64,000 nucleotides of DNA. Source: Myxococcota bacterium (GTDB taxonomy: Bacteria > Myxococcota > UBA4151). Both the position numbers and the translations under genes were made by a program. The DNA is taken from positions 288,001 to 352,000 of the forward strand of contig JAYZBQ010000048.1 in the NCBI GenBank assembly GCA_036338695.1, written 5' to 3'. Shown piece after piece: positions 30,529 to 39,788 of this stretch; the stretch's first letter is position 1, and every line of letters starts with the position of its first letter. The notes beneath the pieces were generated by a model. It did no database searches, was not told the origin of the DNA, and saw nothing but the letters and a program-made list of their open reading frames with translations.

Positions 30529-31328
30529 ACTGGCTCGGTGTCGACCTCGGGGGGACGTGGCTTCGCGCCGACGGCTTCCCGCCTGAACGGATGGCGCAAC
30601 GCTCAGCGGCGGCGGTCATGGACCTCCTCGCCGAGCGCGCCCTACAAGGTGGTTTTGGTGGCCTCGCCATCAGCTTTGCTGGCTGGATTGACGCCGACGG
30701 GCGCGGTATCAGCGCCGGCCCGAACATCGGCTGGGGCGCTGAAGCGCTCGCAGACTACGCAGCGGCGCACGGGCTGCGGTGCCATCTCGAAAACGACCTC
30801 GATGCGCGCGCATGGGGTGAATGGCAAGCCCTCAGCCCGGAAGCGCAGCGCCAAGGCGACCTGATGGTGATCAACGCGGGCAGCGGTTTTGCGCTCGGTA
30901 TGGTCATCGGCGGTCAGCTGCTGCGCGGTCACCACCGTCGCGCCGGCGAAGTAGGTCACCTCCGCGGCGCGGCTAGACGCTACCCCGAGCACAGCGAGGT
31001 CGACATCGTCGAGGGCATCTTAGGCGGCGCTTTTCATCGCCCAGGCGACCTCGACGATGAGGCGTTCAAGGCGCGCTGGCTCGACCAAGCCGAGCAGACG
31101 CTGGCGCCGGTCATCGCAGCGCTTGACCCGGCGCATCTCATCGCCACCGGCGGGATCCTCGATAACCGCCCCGACCTCCTCGGCGCGCTCAACCAGCGCT
31201 TGATCCAATGCCTCCCGAAGGCGTGGTGGGGCACGCTCGAGCTCAAACCCTCGAGCGCCGGAGAGGCGCTGGCGCGGCGTGGCGCGGTCGACCTCGCCGA
31301 GCGCGCAGTTCAGACGGAAAACCGCTGA
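30525..31328 (+). CDS. ROK family sugar kinase-like protein, probable CTG start
   Basis: In-frame LGVDLGGT (30534-30557) lies upstream of the ORF-track ATG at 30591. ENDLDARAWGE, GSGF, AGEVGH follow. Confidence 0.8.
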   Translation: MNWLGVDLGGTWLRADGFPPERMAQRSAAAVMDLLAERALQGGFGGLAISFAGWIDADGRGISAGPNIGWGAEALADYAAAHGLRCHLENDLDARAWGEWQALSPEAQRQGDLMVINAGSGFALGMVIGGQLLRGHHRRAGEVGHLRGAARRYPEHSEVDIVEGILGGAFHRPGDLDDEAFKARWLDQAEQTLAPVIAALDPAHLIATGGILDNRPDLLGALNQRLIQCLPKAWWGTLELKPSSAGEALARRGAVDLAERAVQTENR

Positions 31329-32326
31329 TGGCTTGGACGCGCCGGCGCTGCAACGCCTGTGGTCAGGTCCTCGTTGAAGAAGAGGCCGTCGTTGCGTCGT
31401 GCCCCGCGTGCGGCGCGCCCGTCGGGATGGACTCAGTGATCCCGGAGACACCCCCTGAGCCAGAGGAGCCCATTGCAGCCGCGCAAGAGCCCGATGAGCC
31501 CTCCAGTGAATCAACGCCAGAGCCTTCGCTGCCTCATGACTGGAACCTCGGCGAGCCGATGCATCGCGTGTTCTGGTTTTGTCTCGCTGCGCCCGATCGC
31601 GTCCCGCTTGCGACGATGTTTCGAAGTTTGCGCTGGGTGTTCTCCATGGCCTGGATCGGTCAGGTGGTCCTGCAGATGAGCTTCCTGATGATCGGCGCAG
31701 CGATGCTGCAAGCTGGTGCTCAAGAGCTTAGCCTCCTGCGCGAGGTCTCAGAGGCGATGAGCGCTTATGAACAAGGCGGACCGGAGGCGAGACGGCAGCG
31801 AGTCGCAAAAGAGCAGATGTGTACGCTCACGATGCTCACCCCCGAGCAGCGCCTGCTCTGCGCGCTGCAGCCAGCGCTTGGTTCGCTCCGAGATGTCGGC
31901 GAGAAGGCGGCGGCACGCGTCCAAGCGATCGAGCAGCTGCGCGGCCCCCAACACCTGGACGCCTGGCTTCGAACGATTGGTGACGGCTTAATCGGCGTCT
32001 TTTTCTCGTTTATTCCCTTGTGGGGCTTGCTCGGTATGGCGCGTCATCCCAGCGCCTGGTCAACGGCGCTCAAGGTCATGGCCTTTGGACAGGTTCCCCT
32101 GGTCCTGTGCGGCGTCGTCAGCGCCTTAGCGATGACGCTCGGTGGCTCCATCGGTCTATCGATCGGGATGATGGTCCTGATCAGTGGGGTCCTTTGGAGC
32201 CTGTCGCTCTGGGTTGGGTTCTTGATCCGCATCGGCAGCCTCCCGGCGCGCCAGTCGGTCGTCATGGTCTTGATGATTCTGCTCTTTAACTTCACTCTGC
32301 TCACGACCGTTGCGGGCCTAAACTAA
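31328..32326 (+). CDS. Zn-ribbon plus multi-pass membrane protein (Yip1-like layout)
   Basis: CNAC...CPAC, Pro/Glu linker, about 5 hydrophobic segments. TGATG overlap with the ROK gene. Confidence 0.7.
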   Translation: MAWTRRRCNACGQVLVEEEAVVASCPACGAPVGMDSVIPETPPEPEEPIAAAQEPDEPSSESTPEPSLPHDWNLGEPMHRVFWFCLAAPDRVPLATMFRSLRWVFSMAWIGQVVLQMSFLMIGAAMLQAGAQELSLLREVSEAMSAYEQGGPEARRQRVAKEQMCTLTMLTPEQRLLCALQPALGSLRDVGEKAAARVQAIEQLRGPQHLDAWLRTIGDGLIGVFFSFIPLWGLLGMARHPSAWSTALKVMAFGQVPLVLCGVVSALAMTLGGSIGLSIGMMVLISGVLWSLSLWVGFLIRIGSLPARQSVVMVLMILLFNFTLLTTVAGLN

Positions 32327-32361
32327 ACAGCCTCGCACGTCGCCGTACAGGAGGCTTCCCT

Positions 32362-33684
32362 ATGTTGATGTCCATCGACGCCGCGCAGCGTCATCGAAAC
32401 CGTCTCATCGCAGCGCTTCAGCCGGGCGACCTGGTCCTCTTGCCGGCTGCCAAGCACACGACGCGCAACAACGACGTGCATCACCGGTTTCGCCAAGACA
32501 GCGACTTTTATTACCTAACCGGCTTCCTCGAAGCCGACGCCGTCGCCGTCATCGGAAAAACCGACGAGGGTAACCAGTTCAGCCTCTTTGTCCTGCCCAA
32601 AGACCCTGAGCGTGAGGTCTGGGACGGCTACCGCTGCGGCACCCAAGGCGCCTGCGACCAATACCGAGCCGACGCGTCGTACTCGCTCGACGAGATCGAT
32701 GACGTGATGCCCGGGCTCATCGACGGCGCCACCCGGCTGATCTATCCGGTCGAGAACGAAGCGTTTGAGCGGCGCGTTGCGCAGTGGCGCGGTCGGGTCC
32801 AGGCGAAAGTTCGACTCGGCGCGCAATGTCCGACGACCTTCGTCAGCCTAAGCTCGATCGTCCATGAGCTCAGGCTGATCAAAGATGACTACGAGCTCGA
32901 CCTTATGGAGCGCGCCGGTCAGATCTCAGTGGCGGCGCACCGCGCAGCGATGACGGCAGGAGTGCCCGGAAGCTCCGAGTACGCGCTCGAGGGGCTCATC
33001 GAAGGCTCTTTTCGTCAGGCCGGGGCGCTGCGCTTCGCCTACCCGAGCATCGTCGCCGCCGGCGCCAACGGCTGCGTGCTGCACTACCAAACGAACAACG
33101 ACACGATCAAAGAAGGAGACATGCTGCTGATCGATGCGGGCTGCGAGTACGCCGGCTACGCCTCTGATATCACGGTCACCTGGCCTGCTTCGGGTCGCTT
33201 TACTGAAGCGCAAGCAAAGGTCTACGAGGCGGTCTTGAGGGTGCAACAAGAGGTGGTGGCGGCGGTGCGCCCTGGCGCCACCTTCAAGCAGCTCAACACC
33301 ATCGCCTGCGAGGGGCTCTTGCGCGAGATGCAAGCGCTCGGTCTCGTCGACACCGAGCGATCGATCGACGAGCTCATGGAAGCCCAAGCGTACAAACCCT
33401 ACTATATGCACTCGATCGGGCACTGGATCGGTATGGACGTCCACGACGTCGGCTCGTACGGAAAAGACCGCAGCCGCCCCTTCGAGCCTGGGATGGTGCT
33501 CACTGTCGAGCCGGGTATCTACATCGCACCGGACGCACCGGACGCGCCGGCGGAGCTAAGAGGCATTGCGGTGCGCATCGAGGACGACATTGCGGTCACG
33601 ACCGGTGAGCCGAGAAATCTGACCCACGGTCTCCCCCGCACCGTCCAAGAGATTCACGAGTTCATGGACGCCACACGCGCCTGA
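32362..33684 (+). CDS. pepP: Xaa-Pro aminopeptidase (aminopeptidase P)
   Basis: FRQDSDFYYLTGF, LHY, LIDAGCE, SDIT, HSIGHWIGMDVHD, TVEPGIY, RIEDD. Confidence 0.95.
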   Translation: MLMSIDAAQRHRNRLIAALQPGDLVLLPAAKHTTRNNDVHHRFRQDSDFYYLTGFLEADAVAVIGKTDEGNQFSLFVLPKDPEREVWDGYRCGTQGACDQYRADASYSLDEIDDVMPGLIDGATRLIYPVENEAFERRVAQWRGRVQAKVRLGAQCPTTFVSLSSIVHELRLIKDDYELDLMERAGQISVAAHRAAMTAGVPGSSEYALEGLIEGSFRQAGALRFAYPSIVAAGANGCVLHYQTNNDTIKEGDMLLIDAGCEYAGYASDITVTWPASGRFTEAQAKVYEAVLRVQQEVVAAVRPGATFKQLNTIACEGLLREMQALGLVDTERSIDELMEAQAYKPYYMHSIGHWIGMDVHDVGSYGKDRSRPFEPGMVLTVEPGIYIAPDAPDAPAELRGIAVRIEDDIAVTTGEPRNLTHGLPRTVQEIHEFMDATRA

Positions 33685-33690
33685 GCGACC

Positions 33691-36600
33691 TTATGGACCC
33701 AGCTTCACGGCCGGGAAGGTCGCTGTTTGCCCTGCGGCGAGGTCCTCGCGCCCGCCGCTGGTCGCCTCGACGACCTCACGAAGTCGACGGGTCAAGACCG
33801 CAAACACTCCATTGAGTACCTCCACGCGATCCGCCACGAGGTCCATGAAGTCTTGTCGATCGATCACCAACAGATCGACACCGTCGCCGCGCCGCGCAGC
33901 CGTCGCCGAGGCTGGGCGCGCCTTGCGATCCAAGAAGCCCACCTGACCAAAGCTCTCAAAGGCACCAAGCCGGAGCAGATAGTTCCCATCCCGGTGAAAA
34001 CTCACGTCACCTGAGACGATCACGAACAGCGCCGTGGACGGGTCATGTTCTCGGTAGATCGCTTGCCCAGGCTCGTAGCGCTCAGGGCGCGCAAGATCGG
34101 CGATGGCCGCCAACTCATCGATGTTGAGCTCACTAAAGAGCTCCACGCGCTGCAGCAAAAAGATCCGATCGATCAGCTCATCGGACATACGGTCCTCCGG
34201 TAGGATGCTCGCGTCCAGCGCCGGTCGAGGCAAGCCCGAACGGCTCAGGCAGCGCCCCGCCACCGCGGCGAGCGTGCGGTCACCCCCCTCGGCGATCTCA
34301 CGCGCCACGTCATGAGAGACGCTCGGCTCGATCGTGGCTTCGGCGCGCTCGAGCTCGGTCAGCAACATGCGTTTCAAGGGGTGGTGTCCGAGGCTCACAT
34401 CAAGGAGCTCAAGCGCGTCGCCGCGCGAGGCGCGGTTGCCGTGCACCAGCACCCGCGTCACCGCTGCGATCAGGCTCCGGTCACCGTGCAGCGCAAACAA
34501 TTTAAGACAGATATCGAGCACCTGAGCATGCCGGCTCTGTACGGCGCGATAGAGCAGGTCAAAGCGCTGCGGATCGGTCGCCAGCGCCGCCCACTGCTGC
34601 CGCAGCGCGAACAAGCGCTTAATCTGTCGCTCGATCGCGGCGTGGGTCCAGGCGACGTCCAGCTGAGAGGCGAGCCAAGGGCGCGCATGCACCAGGCGTG
34701 ACAACGCGCTCGCCACACGAAACTGTAAAAAGGGGTCGTCGTCTGGGTTGGAGCGCAGCATCACGTCCGCCGCGCGCGCCGTCCCGATCATACGCAACAG
34801 CCGTGGCACCTCGTGGCGCAGCCGCAGGCTAATCTCGTGATCGTTCAGCCACGCCTCCGCCTGATCGATCACGCCGTCGCCATAGGCAGCAAGCGCATCA
34901 CGCGCCGTCTGACGCACCGCGTGCTGACGAAGCGCCTGAGCTAACAAGGGGACCGCCTCTTCAAGCTGCAACCGACCACAGCTCTGAGCCGCTAAACGCA
35001 CCACACTCGGCTCATCATCGCCGAGCATCTCGAGCAAAAATTCAGACCACTCGCCCTTAGGAAGGTTACCCAAAAGACGAGCAAACTCTCGCCGATAAGC
35101 TGGCGTTCCTTGGCGGATATAATCAAAAGAGGCCATCACCAGATGGATCCCTCGAGCGCGGCGATCAGGGCAGGCAAAAAGCGCCTCGATGCCTGCGCTC
35201 CTAAGCGCTGGGTCGGTCTGCGCATCGACGACGAGTGGCTCGAGCAGGTCGGCGCTGCGCAGAGCGTCGATGCGCAACAAGCTACGCGCTGCGGCGGCGC
35301 GTGTGCGGCGGTCGCTATGCTCCAAAACCAACCGCTCCAAAATCGGCCAGAGCTGATGCCGCTGATGGTGTGAGGACCACTCGATAGCTCGCAGACGCAC
35401 GCGCTCGTCGCGATGCCCGAGCAGCGTCGAGAGGTGCGCTGTGAGGTCATAGTTGGACTCCGCCAAAAGCTTGAGCGCGCCGAGCACCCTGTTTGCGTCC
35501 GTATCAGACAACATCTGAACCAAAATCCCGAGCGTCGAGGCGTCCTCAAAACCAGCGGGCTGCGGCGCGTTGTCGCGCCGCACGCGCCCGGTGATCTTTC
35601 GGTTCAGACTCTCGGCGTAGTCGGAGCGCAGCAGGCGGATGATCACCACCACCAGACCGACCACGGCGAGCACCGTCGTTGGGTGAATCGCCGCCGGCGC
35701 AAACCAACCGAGCGCAAGGAGCAACAAACCACAGATAGCGCTGCCGATCTTCTTGACCGTGCCATCGAGGAGCGCGCGCAGCGACCCACGCAAGGGCGCC
35801 GGGATCGGGTTGTACAAAAGCGCAACGGCAGCCGACGTCACCGAGAACGAACCGACAGATTGCACGACCTTAAGGGAGTACAGCGGCATGATCGAGCCTG
35901 AGAACCCGATGGCGGCGGCGGCGCTGATCGCCACGGCGATCGGGATCAACATCAAAAAGGGGAACAACCCCATCCTGCTGAGCAGCACGCGCGACAGAAA
36001 CAACTGGAACAAAAGCGCAATGATCCCAGCGTCTACATTGTAGGCGCCAAACAGCGCGTTCATGCCTTCGGCGTCGCGTACGTTCGCAACCGCGCTGCGA
36101 AACAGGTAATCGATCAACGCAGAGAGCAGGGACAGCGAGACGACTAGAGCGCCAAGCAGCTTCGGGTAACGCTCGGCGCGCGTGTACAACACCCCCGCGT
36201 TGATCCGCGCTTGGCCCCCGGTGGTGCGCGGGACCATGGTCCCGCCTGCGCCGCGCCCGATCACCCGAAACAAGGGCTGCGACGCAAACAGCAACAAGCC
36301 GGCGATCACCACCTGAACAGAAGGGTGTACGCCCCCTGAGAAAAGAGAGACCGCCGCGCCGCCCAAGATCGAACCCGCCATACCCGAGGCGCCGATGATC
36401 CCGAGCATGCGCTTGCTCGTTCGCAGGTCAAAGACCTCCGACAGGGTCCCCCAAAACAAGATCGACAGGATCGTCGTATAGGTCTCACCGACGACATAAA
36501 GCAGCGGCTCGATACCCGGCGCCTCAAAATACGCCACGCCCCCTAGAACCGTGAGCACCACGGCGCTGACACGCAGCGCCTGACGACCGACTGAATAGGC

Positions 36601-36822
36601 AGAATAGCGCGCCAGCGGCTGCGCCAAGAGATAGGAGCCAAAGGCGACCGCCCCTGCGCTAAGCACGTAGAGCGCAGGGAGCACGCGCGGGTCATGCTGG
36701 CTCAAAAAGAGTGCGTTCGACGCCGCTTTGGTCCCCACGACGCCGCCGATAAAGAGCGCAAAAAATGCCATCGAGGCCAGCGCGGACCACTCTTGATTTT
36801 TTGGCACGCCTAATCGGCGCAT
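33691..36822 (-). CDS. NTT/TLC-like MFS transporter fused to HEAT repeats and a C-terminal cyclic-nucleotide-binding domain
   Basis: About 11-12 TM segments with FWGTLSEVFDLRTSKR, HEAT-like repeats (DERVRLRAI, DDEPSVVRLAA), cNMP domain (LQRVELFSEL...LFVIVSG...FGQ..LD...RPASATA). Start uncertain. Confidence 0.85.
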   Translation of the reverse strand: MRRLGVPKNQEWSALASMAFFALFIGGVVGTKAASNALFLSQHDPRVLPALYVLSAGAVAFGSYLLAQPLARYSAYSVGRQALRVSAVVLTVLGGVAYFEAPGIEPLLYVVGETYTTILSILFWGTLSEVFDLRTSKRMLGIIGASGMAGSILGGAAVSLFSGGVHPSVQVVIAGLLLFASQPLFRVIGRGAGGTMVPRTTGGQARINAGVLYTRAERYPKLLGALVVSLSLLSALIDYLFRSAVANVRDAEGMNALFGAYNVDAGIIALLFQLFLSRVLLSRMGLFPFLMLIPIAVAISAAAAIGFSGSIMPLYSLKVVQSVGSFSVTSAAVALLYNPIPAPLRGSLRALLDGTVKKIGSAICGLLLLALGWFAPAAIHPTTVLAVVGLVVVIIRLLRSDYAESLNRKITGRVRRDNAPQPAGFEDASTLGILVQMLSDTDANRVLGALKLLAESNYDLTAHLSTLLGHRDERVRLRAIEWSSHHQRHQLWPILERLVLEHSDRRTRAAAARSLLRIDALRSADLLEPLVVDAQTDPALRSAGIEALFACPDRRARGIHLVMASFDYIRQGTPAYRREFARLLGNLPKGEWSEFLLEMLGDDEPSVVRLAAQSCGRLQLEEAVPLLAQALRQHAVRQTARDALAAYGDGVIDQAEAWLNDHEISLRLRHEVPRLLRMIGTARAADVMLRSNPDDDPFLQFRVASALSRLVHARPWLASQLDVAWTHAAIERQIKRLFALRQQWAALATDPQRFDLLYRAVQSRHAQVLDICLKLFALHGDRSLIAAVTRVLVHGNRASRGDALELLDVSLGHHPLKRMLLTELERAEATIEPSVSHDVAREIAEGGDRTLAAVAGRCLSRSGLPRPALDASILPEDRMSDELIDRIFLLQRVELFSELNIDELAAIADLARPERYEPGQAIYREHDPSTALFVIVSGDVSFHRDGNYLLRLGAFESFGQVGFLDRKARPASATAARRGDGVDLLVIDRQDFMDLVADRVEVLNGVFAVLTRRLREVVEATSGGREDLAAGQTATFPAVKLGP

Positions 36823-36927
36823 GACCACCCGCACACTGCGCACTTCAGGATTTCCCGTCACGGTTCGGCAATCGACCGACGCACAGTGATTGGCTCTCAG
36901 CCCCGCCTTTGGCAAGATGTGCTCGTC

Positions 36928-38043
36928 ATGAGGTCCTTACTCACCGGTCTTGTTGGCTCGATGCTCGCGTGCAGCGGCGAAGGGCAGGTCTACCATGAGA
37001 CGCTGCCACAGCCGGCGGCGGTCGACGACCTGCGCTCCGTCTCGGAGCAGCGCACGCTCGACCTCGAGTCCGGGCTGATCCGCTGGCAATTTGAGGTCGG
37101 CACGCTGACGAAGAGCTTTGCGCTCTACATCGAGGGCGCCACCGGCGCTGAATACCTTATCGATGAGCTTGAAGGGCCGGACGGCGTGCTGGTGCGCTCG
37201 CGCGCCAGCAGCGACGAAGCCGCCTCCGGACTCGGCGCTGCGGCGGCGCCGTTCTTTTCAGCTAACCGAAGCGTTGGAGACCACGGGGGCGCGAGCCTGC
37301 TGGTCCCCAACGACCCGAGGCTCAAGGTCACGCCGGGGACCTGGTCGGCGCGCCTTCGAAGCACACGAACCGAACCCCACAGCGTCCGCCTAACCCGCAT
37401 CGAACAGCATGCCTCGGCACGCCCGGCGGCAGTTCGAATCCCGCTCAACGTCCACCTCTCCGGGGCGGGCGGGATCACGCGAGACAATGCGCAGACGCAC
37501 CCTCGTTTACGCCGTGCGATGCAGCGCATTCAGTCCATCTTCTCGCCGGCGAACATCGAGCTCTCACCGATCAATTATTGGGAGCTCGACGAGGGTTTTC
37601 AGGTCCTCGAAGACGTAACGCTTAGAGACGATCAGAGCCTCGAGATGCTCCAGAGCAGCTCGACATCTGATGGGATCAACCTGTTCTTGATCGAGCGCTT
37701 CGAGCCAGCCGATGACCTGCTCGGGACCGTCGGTGGCGTCAGCGCTGCGATCCCGGGTGACCCGCGCGCAGGAGAGCGCTTCGCAGGGGTGGTCGTGGCG
37801 ACGAGCTTCTCAGACGATACGCCCGAAGACGACCTCCTCGGTCTGACCGCGGCGCATGAGATCGGTCACTTCCTCGGGCTTTTTCACACGAGCGAGGCTG
37901 CAGGCTTTGAAGACCCCCTCGAAGACACCGAGGGCGCGACAGAGGACAACCTCATGCATCACCTGAGCCGCTCCGGCCGAGACCAGCTCACAGAGCATCA
38001 AGGGATGGTCCTGCGAGCGCATCCTGCGGGGGTCCTGCCGTGA
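36928..38043 (+). CDS. Lipoprotein zinc metalloprotease (M43/pappalysin-like metzincin)
   Basis: Lipobox MLA-C, HEIGHFLGLFH, Met-turn NLM. Confidence 0.8.
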   Translation: MRSLLTGLVGSMLACSGEGQVYHETLPQPAAVDDLRSVSEQRTLDLESGLIRWQFEVGTLTKSFALYIEGATGAEYLIDELEGPDGVLVRSRASSDEAASGLGAAAAPFFSANRSVGDHGGASLLVPNDPRLKVTPGTWSARLRSTRTEPHSVRLTRIEQHASARPAAVRIPLNVHLSGAGGITRDNAQTHPRLRRAMQRIQSIFSPANIELSPINYWELDEGFQVLEDVTLRDDQSLEMLQSSSTSDGINLFLIERFEPADDLLGTVGGVSAAIPGDPRAGERFAGVVVATSFSDDTPEDDLLGLTAAHEIGHFLGLFHTSEAAGFEDPLEDTEGATEDNLMHHLSRSGRDQLTEHQGMVLRAHPAGVLP

Positions 38044-38405
38044 TTTTCTTATTGAACCTAGCGCTGCTCGTGCACGGACATCACCCTCTACCCCGAGCGA
38101 TCCAGCCAGCAGCCTGCGCAGCCTCCGAGGCGCAGCTGCGCGCCACGCTAGCGAGCGCGCCGAGACCCCAGCGCCAGCGAGCGCTCGCGCTGCTGTGGCG
38201 CTGTCAGGCGAATCTACCGCTGCAGCAGCTTCGAGACGACCTCGACCCGGAGCTCCGCCTGAGTGCGTGGCGCCTCACGCTCAAGCGCCTGCCAACAGAC
38301 GATCCATTGTGGCGAACCGCGACAAGGAGCTTGCCCGCAAAGCACGCGCAGAGCATTCTGCGCCTGCAACGTCGACGAATCGATCTTGAACGCACCGAAC
38401 CATGA
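38040..38405 (+). CDS. Small exported helical (HEAT-like) hypothetical protein
   Basis: Four-nt overlaps with both neighbours, hydrophobic N-terminus, DLDPELRLSAW resembles a HEAT repeat. Confidence 0.55.
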   Translation: MIFLLNLALLVHGHHPLPRAIQPAACAASEAQLRATLASAPRPQRQRALALLWRCQANLPLQQLRDDLDPELRLSAWRLTLKRLPTDDPLWRTATRSLPAKHAQSILRLQRRRIDLERTEP

Positions 38406-39784
38406 TCCTCAGCTTGCTGCTCGCTACCGCCTCCGCTCAGCCGATCACCTTGGTCTACACCGGGGATCGCCTCGGCAAGGTCGAGCCCTGCGGGTGCCCA
38501 AAGAACCCGATGGGTCACATTGCGCGCCATGTCCGCTACTTGGAGGAGCGACGACAAAAGAACTCGGACCTGATCGCCTTTGACCTCGGCAACTACTTTT
38601 TCGAGTCGCTCGACATCGAGGACAACCTCCGTGAGCAGCAGGCGCGCAGGGCGGCGATTTTAAGCCGCAGCCTGAGCAAGCTCAAGCTCGACTTCATGGT
38701 GCCCGGGCCGACCGATTTTGCCGCTGGTTTTGAGGGCTACAAGAGACTGCTCGAGGGCGTCAAAACGCCCGTTCTTGCCGCAGACCTACTCACCCCATCA
38801 GGCCAGCCAGCCTTCGCAACACACCTGGTCCTCGAGCGCCACGGTAAGCGAGTCCTGATTATTGGTATCGCCGGATTTGTCCCGGCGCAAACGACGCTCA
38901 CGCGCCGCGCGCCACTCGACGCGATCCGCCGCGTCCGGGCGCAGGCCGGCGAGGTCGACGTCACCATCATCGCCTCCCACTTAGACCGCAGCGCAGGGTT
39001 GGGGCTGGCGGAAAAAGAAGAAGGCTTGGCGGCGGTCCTCATCGCCGACAAGCACCTGCACCTGATCCCCAAGCAGGCGGGCGGCGCGGTGGTCGTTGGG
39101 AGCTCGAAAGAGGGTAAGCACGTCGCCGAGCTGCAGCTGACCCACCAAGGCGACGGCGCCTATGCGGGGGGCATGACCCTGCGCCGGCTCAAGTTCAAGC
39201 TGGCGAAAGCGACCGGCGATGAGGCGCAGAAGCTACAGGCTGAGCTGGACCGGTTTGAAGCCGGTAACCTGTTTCGCTACCGGGTCGATGCGCTCGGCGA
39301 AGAGCGCAGCGAAGACCCCGAGGTCGCCGGCTGGGTCAAAGCGTATGTCCACTTCGTCGGCAAGCTCGAGAGCGAGCGGGGTGAGGCGCCTCCGGGATAC
39401 AGCGGCGAGGGAGACTTTGCCGGCTTTGAAGCCTGCGCAACCTGTCACGCCGACATCGTCGCTACCTGGCGCGCCACGCGACACGCCATCGCCTACCAGA
39501 GCCTCTACGATCGGGGGCAACATTTGGACCGGGAGTGCATCGGCTGCCACACCGCTGGTTGGCGGCACCCGGGCGGTTTCTCTGACCCCCGCGCGGTCGG
39601 GATCCTTAAAAATGTGCAGTGCGAGAGCTGCCATGGTCCCGGGAAAGAGCATGCCAAAACAGGCGACAAGCGCCTGATCGAGCGCGGGCAAGGGAACGCC
39701 GCCTTCTGCGAGCGATGCCACCAAAAAGAGCTCGAGACTGGCTTTGATGAAGCCACCCACATCCCCATGGTCAAGCACTGGTAA
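38402..39784 (+). CDS. UshA/5'-nucleotidase-like domain fused to tetraheme c554-like cytochrome c
   Basis: Signal peptide, YTGDRLGKVEPCGC, FDLGN, four CxxCH motifs (CATCH, CIGCH, CESCH, CERCH). Confidence 0.85.
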   Translation: MILSLLLATASAQPITLVYTGDRLGKVEPCGCPKNPMGHIARHVRYLEERRQKNSDLIAFDLGNYFFESLDIEDNLREQQARRAAILSRSLSKLKLDFMVPGPTDFAAGFEGYKRLLEGVKTPVLAADLLTPSGQPAFATHLVLERHGKRVLIIGIAGFVPAQTTLTRRAPLDAIRRVRAQAGEVDVTIIASHLDRSAGLGLAEKEEGLAAVLIADKHLHLIPKQAGGAVVVGSSKEGKHVAELQLTHQGDGAYAGGMTLRRLKFKLAKATGDEAQKLQAELDRFEAGNLFRYRVDALGEERSEDPEVAGWVKAYVHFVGKLESERGEAPPGYSGEGDFAGFEACATCHADIVATWRATRHAIAYQSLYDRGQHLDRECIGCHTAGWRHPGGFSDPRAVGILKNVQCESCHGPGKEHAKTGDKRLIERGQGNAAFCERCHQKELETGFDEATHIPMVKHW

Positions 39785-39788
39785 TGCG

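Noticed and set aside
38480..38500. Selenocysteine recoding in the UshA-like CGC motif
   Set aside because: Both codons are TGC and the ORF has no in-frame TGA.
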